In this document: positions 9,434-18,584 of the stretch, one piece after another
Layout of the letters: each line of letters begins with the position of its first letter
How positions within the stretch are numbered: the stretch's first letter is position 1
From: Chloroflexota bacterium
GTDB lineage: Bacteria > Chloroflexota > UBA5177
Assembly (NCBI GenBank): GCA_025966365.1
Contig: JAICWV010000003.1
Location: 1 to 58,825 of the forward strand
DNA length: 58,825 nt
Direction of reading: 5' to 3'
Translations under genes and position numbers: made by a program
Notes under the pieces: generated by a model
The model's database searches: none
What the model saw: the letters and a program-made list of their open reading frames with translations, nothing else
What the model was told of the DNA's origin: nothing

Positions 9434-10638
9434 TGCCTGGCCGCATCGAGTGGGTCCGAAGTCAAACCCGCTTGCTTCGCCGCACGGCCGAAGAATTTGC
9501 AGAAACGCGTCCGTTTGCAGGCATGACCATCGGAACCGGGATCCACCTCGAGCCCAAGACGGCATCCTTGCTCCTGACACTGCAAGCCGGCGGCGCCGGA
9601 CTCGTCTGCACCGGCAATCTCAATTCCACGCAGCCGGAGACGGTTGCCTATCTGGGAGAGCGAGGGGTGGAGGTGATCGCGTCGCAGACCCAGGACCTCG
9701 AGGAACACGAGAAGAATCTGCGTGCCGTTCTGGCCCAGCGGCCGCAGCTCCTTCTGGACAACGGCGGTGATCTGTTTGCGCTCTATCTGACGGATCCCTA
9801 TTCGGGCTTGTTGGGCGGGACAGAAGAGACGACGTCGGGACGCGCACGACTGCTCCCTCTTCGCGACCGGCTGCGAGTCCCGATCCTGGTCATCAACGAC
9901 AGCCCCATCAAGCAGTTCGCGGAGAATGAGCACGCGGTGGGGCAGAGCGTTCTGGAGTCGTATCTTCGGATCACCAACCGGATGACGAACGGTCAGCGAG
10001 TGACGGTGTTCGGTTACGGCGCCTGCGGGAGCGGGGTTGCGGAGAACTTTCGCGCCGCCGGGTCGTTGGTCTCAGTCGTCGAGGTCGATCCGGTGAAGCG
10101 ACTGCAGGCCCTTCTGGACGGATACGACACCCCCTCCCGGGAGGTCGCAACCTCGTCGGCCGACGTGATCATCACCGTGACCGGCGCGCGGACAGTCATC
10201 GGCGCCGACGATCTGCTTCTGCTCAAAGACGGGGCGATCCTGGCCAACGCCGGCCACTTTCCCTTCGAGATTGACGTGCCGGGAATCCGGTCGTCCGGTG
10301 AGATCCGGCGGGAAACCCGTTATGACGACGGTATTCAAGCCTATGAGCTACGAGACGGACGAACAGTGTACGTTCTGACCGATGGTCACATGGTGAACCT
10401 TGCCGGCCCCCGTCCGCTCGGAAACTCGATTGAGTCGATGGATCTCGGGTTCACACTGCAGGCTCGCTGCCTGGAAGCGGTGGCACGGGGCCTGGTGGAC
10501 ACGGAGCAGTGCGTGGTCCCGGTGCCGCCCGAGATTGACCGGCGAGTAGCCCAAGCGTATCTGGACTTACAGTACCCGCTAGCTCAGCCTGGCTCAAGGT
10601 CAACGATAACCACGCGCGCCCACGATGCTTCGCGGTGA
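9433..10638 (+). CDS. ahcY: Adenosylhomocysteinase-like protein (divergent AhcY paralog)
   Basis: HLEPKT, DNGGD, GGTEETTSG, INDSPIK, GYGACGSG (NAD-binding), NAGHF, VNLAG. TAATG stop/start overlap with the upstream gene. Confidence 0.8.
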   Translation: MPGRIEWVRSQTRLLRRTAEEFAETRPFAGMTIGTGIHLEPKTASLLLTLQAGGAGLVCTGNLNSTQPETVAYLGERGVEVIASQTQDLEEHEKNLRAVLAQRPQLLLDNGGDLFALYLTDPYSGLLGGTEETTSGRARLLPLRDRLRVPILVINDSPIKQFAENEHAVGQSVLESYLRITNRMTNGQRVTVFGYGACGSGVAENFRAAGSLVSVVEVDPVKRLQALLDGYDTPSREVATSSADVIITVTGARTVIGADDLLLLKDGAILANAGHFPFEIDVPGIRSSGEIRRETRYDDGIQAYELRDGRTVYVLTDGHMVNLAGPRPLGNSIESMDLGFTLQARCLEAVARGLVDTEQCVVPVPPEIDRRVAQAYLDLQYPLAQPGSRSTITTRAHDASR

Positions 10639-10791
10639 CATGGAGTGGAGTTTCCGGTGCCACCGGTGGCGACAGTCGCGGACGGGATGGTGGAGCGCGG
10701 TTTCATAAAGGCCGGCTTTTTCAAGTACATCGAGGGAAACCTGATCAGCATTGCCGAGTTTCAAGGCGGCGTGTCGTTTCGCCTCCAATAA
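10590..10791 (+). pseudogene. Probable degraded C-terminal fragment of a VOC/glyoxalase-family gene
   Basis: Frame 10639-10791 reads HGVEFPVPPVATVADGMVERGFIKAGFFKYIEGNLISIAEF, which resembles the VOC C-terminal signature GVEF...aaWFkDpEGNLl. VNDNHA occurs in a neighbouring frame just upstream. Confidence 0.45.
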
Positions 10792-10799
10792 TTCTGACC

Positions 10800-12182
10800 T
10801 CACAGATACGACGCGGCCGCCTCCGCGGCTCTTTGCCCGGACGCGATACAGTCCGGAATCCCCACGCCCCTGTAAGCCGCGCCGGCCACGAACACGCCGC
10901 GGTGTGAACGGAGTTTGGTCTCGATAGCGTCAACCCGTCTCGCGTGCCCGACCGTGTAGTGCGGCATGGAACGGATCAGCCGGAACACCCGTGTCATCAC
11001 CGGCTCCGCACCGATTCCCACCGTCGAGCGCAACTCCTCCCGCACGGGCCGAATCAGGTCCTCATCGCTCGCCGACTGGATTGATCCGGAGTCGCGAATA
11101 AAGCCGCGAACCAGAAGGGCGCCATCCGGCGCCCGGTGGCGGAATTTGCGCGAGGAAAAGGTTATCGCCATCACCGGGCCTCCTTCTCGGCAGGGAATGA
11201 GGTATCCGTGGCCGAGAGATTTCTCCCTTACCGTGCCAGGAGCGAATCCGAACGAGACGGTTGCGGTCGAGCCGTACGGAATGCCGGCAAGCAGCTCGGC
11301 CAGTTCGGGATCGAGCGACGACAGAACTCCGGCGGTAACAAACGCCGGAGTGGCGAGGATGACCGACCGGCACCGGAGTAGGCGCCCGTCGTCCAGCCTG
11401 ACGTTGTAACCGCCTGCCACCGATTCCAGGGCCTGGGCCGAGCGACCCGTCAGAATCCGCGTGGGACCAACCAATCGAGCAACAGCCTCCGGAAGCGCTC
11501 CCATGCCCTGAGTGGGGGTTATGAATGGCGACGGCCGTGGGCCGTTAGCCTTCTCGCGGGAGGATCGCTTCATGCCTCGCAGCACGCTGCCGTGAACGAT
11601 CTCGAGTCGGCGAAGCTGCGGGAAGGTCGCCTGGAGACTGAGCGAGTCCCCGTTTCCGCCGTAGATCCCCGACATCAGCGGCTCGATCAGTCGTTCGTAT
11701 GCCTCGCTTCCAAATCGGCGGCGCATGAATTCGCCAAGAGACTCGTCCTCGTCTGCGCTGCGCGCTCGAATTACCAGTTCGGCGGCGACTCGCGCTCTGC
11801 CTCCGAGCGACAGAAGGGTTGACCGGAAGAGCGGCTCGAGCCGCGCGGGAACCAGGCCGGACAGGCCCTCCGGAAGTGGATGGAGCCAGCCGTCTCGCAT
11901 GATGAAGGTTCGGCGCGTTTCCTCATTCACCCCTTCAAGGCAGCCATCGAGGCCCGCCTGGTGGGCGAGAGCAACACCGGCCGGCTTTGTCGACAGGAAG
12001 GAGTCGGGACCGGCTTCCACCGTGAACCCCTGGACCTGCTCTGTCCTGATCCAGCCGCCAGGGCGAGAATCTCGCTCCACGAGCGTGATCCGGAGATCGG
12101 GCGCGCAATATTGAAGGTGAAGGGCGGCAGCCAGCCCGGCGATTCCGCCGCCGACGATGATGATGTCCTGCACGCCGTCCAT
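10800..12182 (-). CDS. hemY: Protoporphyrinogen/coproporphyrinogen III oxidase (HemY/CgoX)
   Basis: IVGGGIAGLAAA FAD motif, EAGPDSF, IEPLMSGIYGG, MPHYTVGH, GVGIPDCI. Confidence 0.9.
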   Translation of the reverse strand: MDGVQDIIIVGGGIAGLAAALHLQYCAPDLRITLVERDSRPGGWIRTEQVQGFTVEAGPDSFLSTKPAGVALAHQAGLDGCLEGVNEETRRTFIMRDGWLHPLPEGLSGLVPARLEPLFRSTLLSLGGRARVAAELVIRARSADEDESLGEFMRRRFGSEAYERLIEPLMSGIYGGNGDSLSLQATFPQLRRLEIVHGSVLRGMKRSSREKANGPRPSPFITPTQGMGALPEAVARLVGPTRILTGRSAQALESVAGGYNVRLDDGRLLRCRSVILATPAFVTAGVLSSLDPELAELLAGIPYGSTATVSFGFAPGTVREKSLGHGYLIPCREGGPVMAITFSSRKFRHRAPDGALLVRGFIRDSGSIQSASDEDLIRPVREELRSTVGIGAEPVMTRVFRLIRSMPHYTVGHARRVDAIETKLRSHRGVFVAGAAYRGVGIPDCIASGQRAAEAAASYL

Positions 12183-12250
12183 AGACGTCTCACTCTACGC
12201 GGAAGTTGGTGGGATAGAATGTCGGGCAATTCGGGAGATATGAGATTGCC

Positions 12251-13576
12251 ATGACCGAAACCGAGGCGCCGAAGCGCTACTGGATCTGGACCGTCGGCTG
12301 CCAAATGAACAAGGTCGACAGCGACCGTGTCGCCGACACCCTCAGGGCTCGCGGCTACCTGCCGGCTGTGCGAGAGGAGGATGCGGATATCATCATCCTC
12401 AATTCCTGCGCGGTTCGGGAAAGCGCCGAGCGGCGCGTCAGCGGCAAGCTGGGCAATCTGGTGGCGTTGCGTGAGGAAAAGCCGGAGCTCCTCCTCGGTT
12501 TGACGGGGTGCTCCGTCTCACCGGACTTTGAGGCCACCCGCAAGCGCTTCAAGGGCGCCGACATGTACTTCCAGCCCACGCGCATCGATCAGTTTCTGGA
12601 TCAGCTGAACGAGCGCTGGCCGTCACCGACCGATGCGGGCGTGATGGCGTGCTGGGAAGAGCAGGCTGACGCCACGGAGAGCAAGGGCCCGGTTGCCTAT
12701 GTCCCTATCAGCAACGGCTGTGATAAGTTCTGCACCTATTGCATCGTTCCCTACCGGCGTGGGCGCGAGCGGAGCCGGCCGATGATGGAGATCGTTGATG
12801 AGTGCGGTTCCCTGGTCAAGGCCGGCGTCAAGGAAGTCACGCTTCTCGGCCAGCGGGTCAACGCGTACGGACGAGACTTCAAGAACGGGACCGACCTGGC
12901 CGATCTTCTGGTCCTGGTGAATAACATCCCCGGCCTGGATCGGCTTCGGTTTCTGACCTCCTATCCCAGGGACATGAGCGACAAGCTCATCGAGACCATC
13001 GCCGGCCTGGATAAGGTCTGTGAGCACATTCACCTGCCGGTACAGGCAGGCAACAATGTGGTTCTCGAAAATATGCGGCGCGGCTATACGAGAGAGGACT
13101 ATCTGGAGCTGGTCGCTAGAATCCGCGCTGCCGCTCCGGCCATCGCCCTCTCGACCGACATCATCGTCGGGTTCCCCGGGGAGACCGAGGAGCAATTCAG
13201 GGACACGCTGTCGTTGATTGAAGACGTGCGCTTTTCCACTGTGTACGTGGCAGCCTACTCGCCGCGGGCTGGGACGCTGTCGTCTCGCTGGCCGGATGAT
13301 GTACCGAAAGAGGAAAAGAAGGAGCGGGTCCAGCGGTTGAATGCTGTCCAGGAACGCATCTCGCTGAGTCAGCATCAGGAGCTGCGCGGAGGCGAGGTGG
13401 ACATCCTGGTGGAAAGCACGGAGTCGGAGCGCAGCGACCTGCCACAGTGGCAGGGCCGAACCCGACAGAACCGCAGAGTGTTCCTGCCGCGCGGGGATGA
13501 AGACCTCATGGGCCGAACTGTCCGGGTTCGCGTGGAGAAGGTCAGTCCCTGGGCCATGCAAGCGGTTCCCGCCTAG
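12251..13576 (+). CDS. miaB: tRNA-2-methylthio-N6-dimethylallyladenosine synthase (radical SAM)
   Basis: TVGCQMN, NSCAVRE, GCDKFCTYCIVP (CxxxCxxC), HLPVQAG, TDIIVGFPGET, C-terminal TRAM domain. Confidence 0.95.
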   Translation: MTETEAPKRYWIWTVGCQMNKVDSDRVADTLRARGYLPAVREEDADIIILNSCAVRESAERRVSGKLGNLVALREEKPELLLGLTGCSVSPDFEATRKRFKGADMYFQPTRIDQFLDQLNERWPSPTDAGVMACWEEQADATESKGPVAYVPISNGCDKFCTYCIVPYRRGRERSRPMMEIVDECGSLVKAGVKEVTLLGQRVNAYGRDFKNGTDLADLLVLVNNIPGLDRLRFLTSYPRDMSDKLIETIAGLDKVCEHIHLPVQAGNNVVLENMRRGYTREDYLELVARIRAAAPAIALSTDIIVGFPGETEEQFRDTLSLIEDVRFSTVYVAAYSPRAGTLSSRWPDDVPKEEKKERVQRLNAVQERISLSQHQELRGGEVDILVESTESERSDLPQWQGRTRQNRRVFLPRGDEDLMGRTVRVRVEKVSPWAMQAVPA

Positions 13577-13701
13577 CACTTTGCGGGATTTGAGGCGCCA
13601 CTCCCTGCCTGGAACGGCACTTGCAGGTGTATTTGGTGCGCAATGCGCCGACTGCGTATAGTCGGGCTTGTGCTATCGAATCACAAGTATTGGCGGGACA
13701 C

Positions 13702-14550
13702 ATGGACGTAGAAGATATTACTTCGACCGAAGAGCTTCCGGAAGAGACGCGCAGGGCGCGCGCCCGACACCTCTCTCAGCAGGCAATCCAGCTTGCGATG
13801 CAGGGGCGTTGGCAAGACGCCATCGAGATGAATTCCCAGATCGCGGAGTTGACGCCGAACGACGCAGAAGCGTACAACCGGCTGGGAAAGGCGTATTCCG
13901 AGACCGGACAGGTTTCCGAGGCCCGGGAGGCCTACGAGTCTGCCCTGCGGGCCGACGCGGCAAATCTGATCGCGCAGCGCAATCTGGAGCGGCTGAGCCG
14001 AATCACGGATGCCGAGGTCGCGGAGTTGATGCGCAAGCGGACCTTCACCCTTGATCCACGCTTCTTCATGGAGGAAACGGGAAAGACAGCGGTCGTGGCT
14101 CTGCAGCACCCTGCCTCACCGACGACACTGGCGGCTCTTGGCGCGGGCGATCAGGTAAAGCTGGAGACTCAGGACAGTCAGGTGGTTGCGACCACCATGG
14201 ACGGAACCTATATCGGGCGCGTCGACGACCAGCTGTCGGCCAGACTTATCCGGCTGATCAACGGCGGCAATGAGTACCAGGCGGGGGTCGTGGGCGTCGA
14301 CGGGAATGCCGTGCGGATCATCATGCGCGAGACCTACCAGAATCCGCAGAACGTGGGCCGCATCTCCTTTCCACCACGTACGGCGCCGGAAACGCTCCCC
14401 CGGCCCTACCTCCGCGAGGGCCTGATGCGGCGGGCGGGTGACGAGGAGGATGAGGACGAACTGGACGTGGATCTCGAGGCGGATTCGGACGACGAGGAAG
14501 AGGACCCGAGCGACTTCGGGTTCCACGAGGGGACGCTCGACGAGACATAA
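13702..14550 (+). CDS. Tetratricopeptide-repeat protein with a C-terminal beta domain and acidic tail
   Basis: TPR motifs (AEAYNRLGKAYSETGQVSEAREAYESAL), FMEETGKT, HIRAN-like LGAGDQV...YIGRV segment, D/E-rich tail. ATG 13702 preferred over the TTG start in the track. Confidence 0.75.
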   Translation: MDVEDITSTEELPEETRRARARHLSQQAIQLAMQGRWQDAIEMNSQIAELTPNDAEAYNRLGKAYSETGQVSEAREAYESALRADAANLIAQRNLERLSRITDAEVAELMRKRTFTLDPRFFMEETGKTAVVALQHPASPTTLAALGAGDQVKLETQDSQVVATTMDGTYIGRVDDQLSARLIRLINGGNEYQAGVVGVDGNAVRIIMRETYQNPQNVGRISFPPRTAPETLPRPYLREGLMRRAGDEEDEDELDVDLEADSDDEEEDPSDFGFHEGTLDET

Positions 14551-14571
14551 CGGACCTGTTTTGGCGTCTGC

Positions 14572-14600
14572 TTGCGGGTTCTTGACACCTCCCGTATAAT
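14572..14600 (+). promoter_or_regulatory. Sigma70-type promoter for the zinc-ribbon gene
   Basis: TTGCGG-N17-TATAAT. Confidence 0.6.
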
Positions 14601-14692
14601 TCCGTCTTGGTGCGACAGCTTAGGTCTCAGGCGATTCCCGAAGCTCAACTGCTGACCTACTGGGCCCAAATTCTGGAAAGGAGGTTAGCAGG

Positions 14693-14992
14693 GTGAGCTT
14701 GGCGGACAAGACCATCGCGTGTAGGGACTGTGGCGAGGACTTCCTGTTCACCACCGGTGAGCAGCAGTTTTACCAGACCAAGGGTCTACTACACGAACCG
14801 GGTCGATGCCCGTCCTGTCGCGCGATTTACAAGCGCGAGCGTGGACTGGCCTCGGACCGACCGATTCGCGAGTACCACGACACTGTCTGCGCCGAGTGCG
14901 GGCGCCCGGCACGTGTCCCGTTCGTTCCGCGGAATGATCGGCCGGTCTACTGCAGTCCTTGCTTTGACAAAGTTCGCGCCGCGAACTACTAG
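14693..14992 (+). CDS. CxxC-x17-CxxC domain / zinc-ribbon protein
   Basis: [23 protein letters not shown]...PGRCPSCR and VCAECG...[17 protein letters not shown]. Strong AAAGGAGG SD. Confidence 0.9.
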   Translation: MSLADKTIACRDCGEDFLFTTGEQQFYQTKGLLHEPGRCPSCRAIYKRERGLASDRPIREYHDTVCAECGRPARVPFVPRNDRPVYCSPCFDKVRAANY

Positions 14993-15010
14993 GGAGACAA
15001 GGAAGCCATC

Positions 15011-15042
15011 GCGGGCCGGGACACGTTCCCGGCCCGCTTTGT
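15011..15042 (+). terminator. Intrinsic terminator after the zinc-ribbon gene
   Basis: GCGGGCCGGGA-cacgt-TCCCGGCCCGC followed by TTTGT. Confidence 0.7.
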
Positions 15043-15063
15043 ATACTTGGCTGATTGGACGTA

Positions 15064-15131
15064 CGGTGCCCGGTGGTTGGCGCCTGCCGGCGAGCTGGAG
15101 TTCGCCGCCAGGCGCCAATCACGGAGCACCG
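15064..15131 (+). promoter_or_regulatory. Structured rpsO 5' leader (probable S15 autoregulatory RNA)
   Basis: Long hairpin CGGTGC/GCACCG, GTGGTTGGCGCCTG/CAGGCGCCAATCAC, GGCGAGCT/AGTTCGCC, lying between a TATACT -10 (15042-15047) and the rpsO SD. Confidence 0.6.
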
Positions 15132-15152
15132 ATTAATGCATTGGAGAATCGA

Positions 15153-15422
15153 GTGCCCGTTACGAAAGAGAAGAAAACCGAGATCATCGAGGAGTATCAG
15201 ACCCATCCGGGGGATGTCGGGTCGGCCGAGGTGCAGATCGCGCTGCTGACGCAGCGCATCGCCGAGCTGACCGACCATCTACGGGAGAATAAGCACGACT
15301 ACCACACGCAACGCGGCCTGCTGAAGCTGGTTGGCCGACGTCGCCGGCTCCAGGCCTATCTGGCGCGGAAATCGCCGGAGTCCTATCGGTCGGTCGTCAC
15401 TCGTCTCGGGCTGCGCAAGTAG
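15153..15422 (+). CDS. rpsO: 30S ribosomal protein S15
   Basis: 89 aa, with [43 protein letters not shown]...LGLRK. GTG start after GGAG. Confidence 0.97.
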   Translation: MPVTKEKKTEIIEEYQTHPGDVGSAEVQIALLTQRIAELTDHLRENKHDYHTQRGLLKLVGRRRRLQAYLARKSPESYRSVVTRLGLRK

Positions 15423-15437
15423 CCCGAGTTTCTTTTC

Positions 15438-15548
15438 GTTGTGAGTTTTAAGTTCTGAGTTGTCGGCTCTCACGTGCTTGTGCATCTGACCCTGCGATGA
15501 GATGCCGCAGTCGAAGCTTTCGGCTCACGACTCACAACTTACGACTCG
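15438..15548. repeat. Inverted pair of degenerate heptamer tandem arrays between rpsO and pnp
   Basis: GTTGTGA GTTTTAA GTTCTGA GTTGTCG ... CTCACGA CTCACAA CTTACGA CTCG. Confidence 0.65.
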
Positions 15549-15561
15549 TTTTGGAGACTAT

Positions 15562-17853
15562 ATGGATATTCACCACGTAACCAAGGAGGTCGCCGGACGC
15601 GACCTCACCATTGAGTCCGGCAAAGTTGCCTGGCAGGCGGGCGGAGCAGTGACGGTTCGCTACGGCGACACCCTCGTCCTGGCCACAGCCACCGCGTCGA
15701 AAGAGCCCCGGCCCAACGTCGACTTCTTTCCACTTACGGTGGACTTCGAGGAGCGATTGTATGCGGCGGGAAAGATTCCCGGCGGATACATCAAGCGTGA
15801 AGGCCGGCCCAGTACGGAGGCGATCCTCACGTCGCGGCTGACGGACCGACCGCTTCGGCCGCTCTTCCCCAAGGGGTTCCGCAACGACGTTCAGATCGTC
15901 ATCACCCCGCTCTCCGTCGATCAGGAGAACGACCCGGGTGTGATGGCGGTGATCGGAGCCTCTGCCGCGCTGACTATCTCCGACATCCCGTTTAGCGGCC
16001 CGGTGGCTGCCGTGCGCGTGGGCTATATAGACGGCCAGATTGTCGTGAATCCCAAGCTGCAGGATCTGGAGCGCAGCGAGCTGGATCTGGTCATGGCCGC
16101 AACCCGCGACGCCGTCGTCATGGTCGAGGCTGGAGCCAATGAGGTTCCGGAGGAGACCGTCCTGGAAGCACTGCGGCTGGGACACGAGGCCATCATTCCC
16201 ATCATCGACATGCAGGAAGAGCTTCGGGAGCTATGTGGCAAAGAAAAGCGCGAGTTCCCGCTGAAGACATCGCCCGAAGCGTTGCAGACGGCGATGAAGG
16301 ATTACATCGGTACGCGCCTTCACGATAATCTCGTACACCCGGACAAGCAGCAGCGCGAAGCAGCCGTTGACGCGCTCGAAGCAGAAGTCACTGGCCACTT
16401 TGAAGCAGAGGAGACCTGGGAGACGGGAGACATCCGGTCAGTCTTCGAGAGCCTGGTCAAGAAGACAGTCCGCGAAATGATTCTGAAGGAAAACATCCGT
16501 CCAGACGGCCGCTCGCGGACGGAGATTCGTCCCCTTTCTGTTGAGGTCGGTGTGGTGCCTCGCGTCCACGGCAGCGGGCTATTTAGCCGCGGTCAGACGC
16601 AAGCGCTGACGATTGCCACACTGGGCTCCGGATCTGACGAGCAGATCATCGACGGACTGGGCATCGAAGAGTCGAAGCGCTACATGCATCACTACAATTT
16701 CCCACCCTTCAGTGTGGGTGAGACGAGGCCGCTGCGCGGCCCCGGTCGACGAGAAATTGGGCACGGCATGCTGGCGGAGCGTGCGCTTGAGGCGGTCATC
16801 CCGAGCCAGGACCAGTTCCCGTACACCATTCGGCTGGTGTCTGAAATTCTTTCCTCCAATGGCTCGACCTCCATGGCCGCCACCACCGGCAGCACCCTGG
16901 CCCTCATGGATGCGGGCGTGCCGATCAAGGCTCCCGTGTCCGGCATTGCCATGGGACTGATCACCAACGACGAAGGCGATTACGCGATTCTGACCGACAT
17001 CCAGGGTGTCGAGGATGCCCTGGGTGATATGGACTTCAAGGTGACGGGTACCCGGGATGGCGTGACCGCCATTCAAATGGACATCAAGGTGTCGGGGCTC
17101 TCCGGCCAGATCATGACGGAGGCACTGGAGCAAGCGCGCCGGGCCCGTCTCGTGATCCTGGATAAGATGCACGAGGTCATACCGGAGCCCCGCAAGGATC
17201 TGTCCCGATATGCCCCGCGCATCACCCGCATCCAGATCAACCCCGACAAGATCGGGACCGTGATCGGACCGGGCGGAAAGATGATCAAGCAGATCATCGC
17301 CGAGACCAAGGCCCAGATCGACATCGAGGACGACGGCACGGTGTTCATCGCCAGCAACGACGGCGATGCCGCCCAGAAGGCGATCGACATGATCAAGGGC
17401 CTCACGGCCGAGGTCGAGGTGGGTCAGACCTACAACGGCACAGTGCGCCGGATTCTTGACTTCGGAGCCTTCGTCGAGGTGCTTCCGGGTAAAGAGGGCC
17501 TTGTCCACATCTCGCAGCTGGCTGCCGAGCGCGTGAATCGGGTCGAGGACGTGGTCAATGTGGGGGACAAGTTCGAGGTAAAAGTGACCGGGATCGACTC
17601 GATGGGACGCATCAACCTGTCCCACCGCGCGCTGGTCGATCCCGAGGGTGCCGAGGAGGCAGCAGCTCGCTCCGAACGAGCGCGTGGGGGCGGGGGCGAT
17701 CGGGGTCCGCGACGCGGGTCCGGAGGCGGCGGAGACCGGCGCTTCGGCGATAACGGCCGGCGCGACGGCCCCCCCAGAGGCGACGGATTTCGTCGTGACG
17801 GGGGCGGGGAGCGCCGTGAGCCCACTGAGTCCCGGGATCGGGGCAGCGAGTAA
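15562..17853 (+). CDS. pnp: Polyribonucleotide nucleotidyltransferase (PNPase)
   Basis: [44 protein letters not shown] and S1 domains. ATG 15562 after GGAG. Confidence 0.97.
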   Translation: MDIHHVTKEVAGRDLTIESGKVAWQAGGAVTVRYGDTLVLATATASKEPRPNVDFFPLTVDFEERLYAAGKIPGGYIKREGRPSTEAILTSRLTDRPLRPLFPKGFRNDVQIVITPLSVDQENDPGVMAVIGASAALTISDIPFSGPVAAVRVGYIDGQIVVNPKLQDLERSELDLVMAATRDAVVMVEAGANEVPEETVLEALRLGHEAIIPIIDMQEELRELCGKEKREFPLKTSPEALQTAMKDYIGTRLHDNLVHPDKQQREAAVDALEAEVTGHFEAEETWETGDIRSVFESLVKKTVREMILKENIRPDGRSRTEIRPLSVEVGVVPRVHGSGLFSRGQTQALTIATLGSGSDEQIIDGLGIEESKRYMHHYNFPPFSVGETRPLRGPGRREIGHGMLAERALEAVIPSQDQFPYTIRLVSEILSSNGSTSMAATTGSTLALMDAGVPIKAPVSGIAMGLITNDEGDYAILTDIQGVEDALGDMDFKVTGTRDGVTAIQMDIKVSGLSGQIMTEALEQARRARLVILDKMHEVIPEPRKDLSRYAPRITRIQINPDKIGTVIGPGGKMIKQIIAETKAQIDIEDDGTVFIASNDGDAAQKAIDMIKGLTAEVEVGQTYNGTVRRILDFGAFVEVLPGKEGLVHISQLAAERVNRVEDVVNVGDKFEVKVTGIDSMGRINLSHRALVDPEGAEEAAARSERARGGGGDRGPRRGSGGGGDRRFGDNGRRDGPPRGDGFRRDGGGERREPTESRDRGSE

Positions 17854-17859
17854 GGAAGA

Positions 17860-18504
17860 ATGACGAACGCCGCGGCAGAGCTTGAGTCTCTCGAGGGGGA
17901 GATTCGACTCTGCACTCGGTGCGATCTGCACACGGTTGCAAACAAGGCGGTCCCGGGAGAGGGACCGGCGGACGCCGAGGTCATGCTGGTGGGCGAGGCG
18001 CCCGGATTCAACGAAGACAAGCAGGGCCGCCCCTTTGTCGGGGCGGCCGGCCGCTTTCTCGAGGAATTGCTGGGCGCCGCCGGACTGAAGCGGGAGGAGG
18101 TGTATATCACCAACGTGGTCAAACACCGTCCGCCCAACAACCGCGATCCTCTGCCCAACGAGCTTGCGGCCTGTCTGCCCTGGTTGGAGCGGCAGATCGA
18201 GATCATCAATCCGCGGTTTATCGTCACGCTTGGCCGCTTTTCTCTCGGAACCTTCTTTCCCGGCTCGATGATCTCGAAAGTCCACGGGGAAGTGCGCGAG
18301 AAGGATGGCCGGTTTTTCTTCGCCATGTACCACCCGGCCGCCGCGCTCCACCAGGAGAAGCTCCGGCAAACCCTGCTTGAGGACGCGGGGAAGCTGGGCG
18401 AGTTTCTACGCGAGAAAGCGAAGCCAACCGGACAGGCTGACAAGCCGGAAACCGCGAACGGGGCCGGTGAGGACGACTCGCCGGAGCAGCTCAGCTTCTT
18501 CTAG
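17860..18504 (+). CDS. udg: Uracil-DNA glycosylase family 4
   Basis: CTRCDL, VGEAPGFNEDKQGRPFVGAAG, ITNVVKHRPPNNRDP, YHPAAALH. Confidence 0.92.
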   Translation: MTNAAAELESLEGEIRLCTRCDLHTVANKAVPGEGPADAEVMLVGEAPGFNEDKQGRPFVGAAGRFLEELLGAAGLKREEVYITNVVKHRPPNNRDPLPNELAACLPWLERQIEIINPRFIVTLGRFSLGTFFPGSMISKVHGEVREKDGRFFFAMYHPAAALHQEKLRQTLLEDAGKLGEFLREKAKPTGQADKPETANGAGEDDSPEQLSFF

Positions 18505-18584
18505 GAGCGAGGGGGGCGCGGGCGGGAAACGTCCGGGGAATCCATACAATCGGGCGACATTGCCCAGAGCAGGAGCAACTTTCG

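Noticed and set aside
14730-15152. 230-aa ORF 14730-15422 as an N-terminally extended S15
   Set aside because: The extension overlaps the zinc-ribbon gene, a terminator and the leader hairpin. S15 similarity and the SD begin at 15153.
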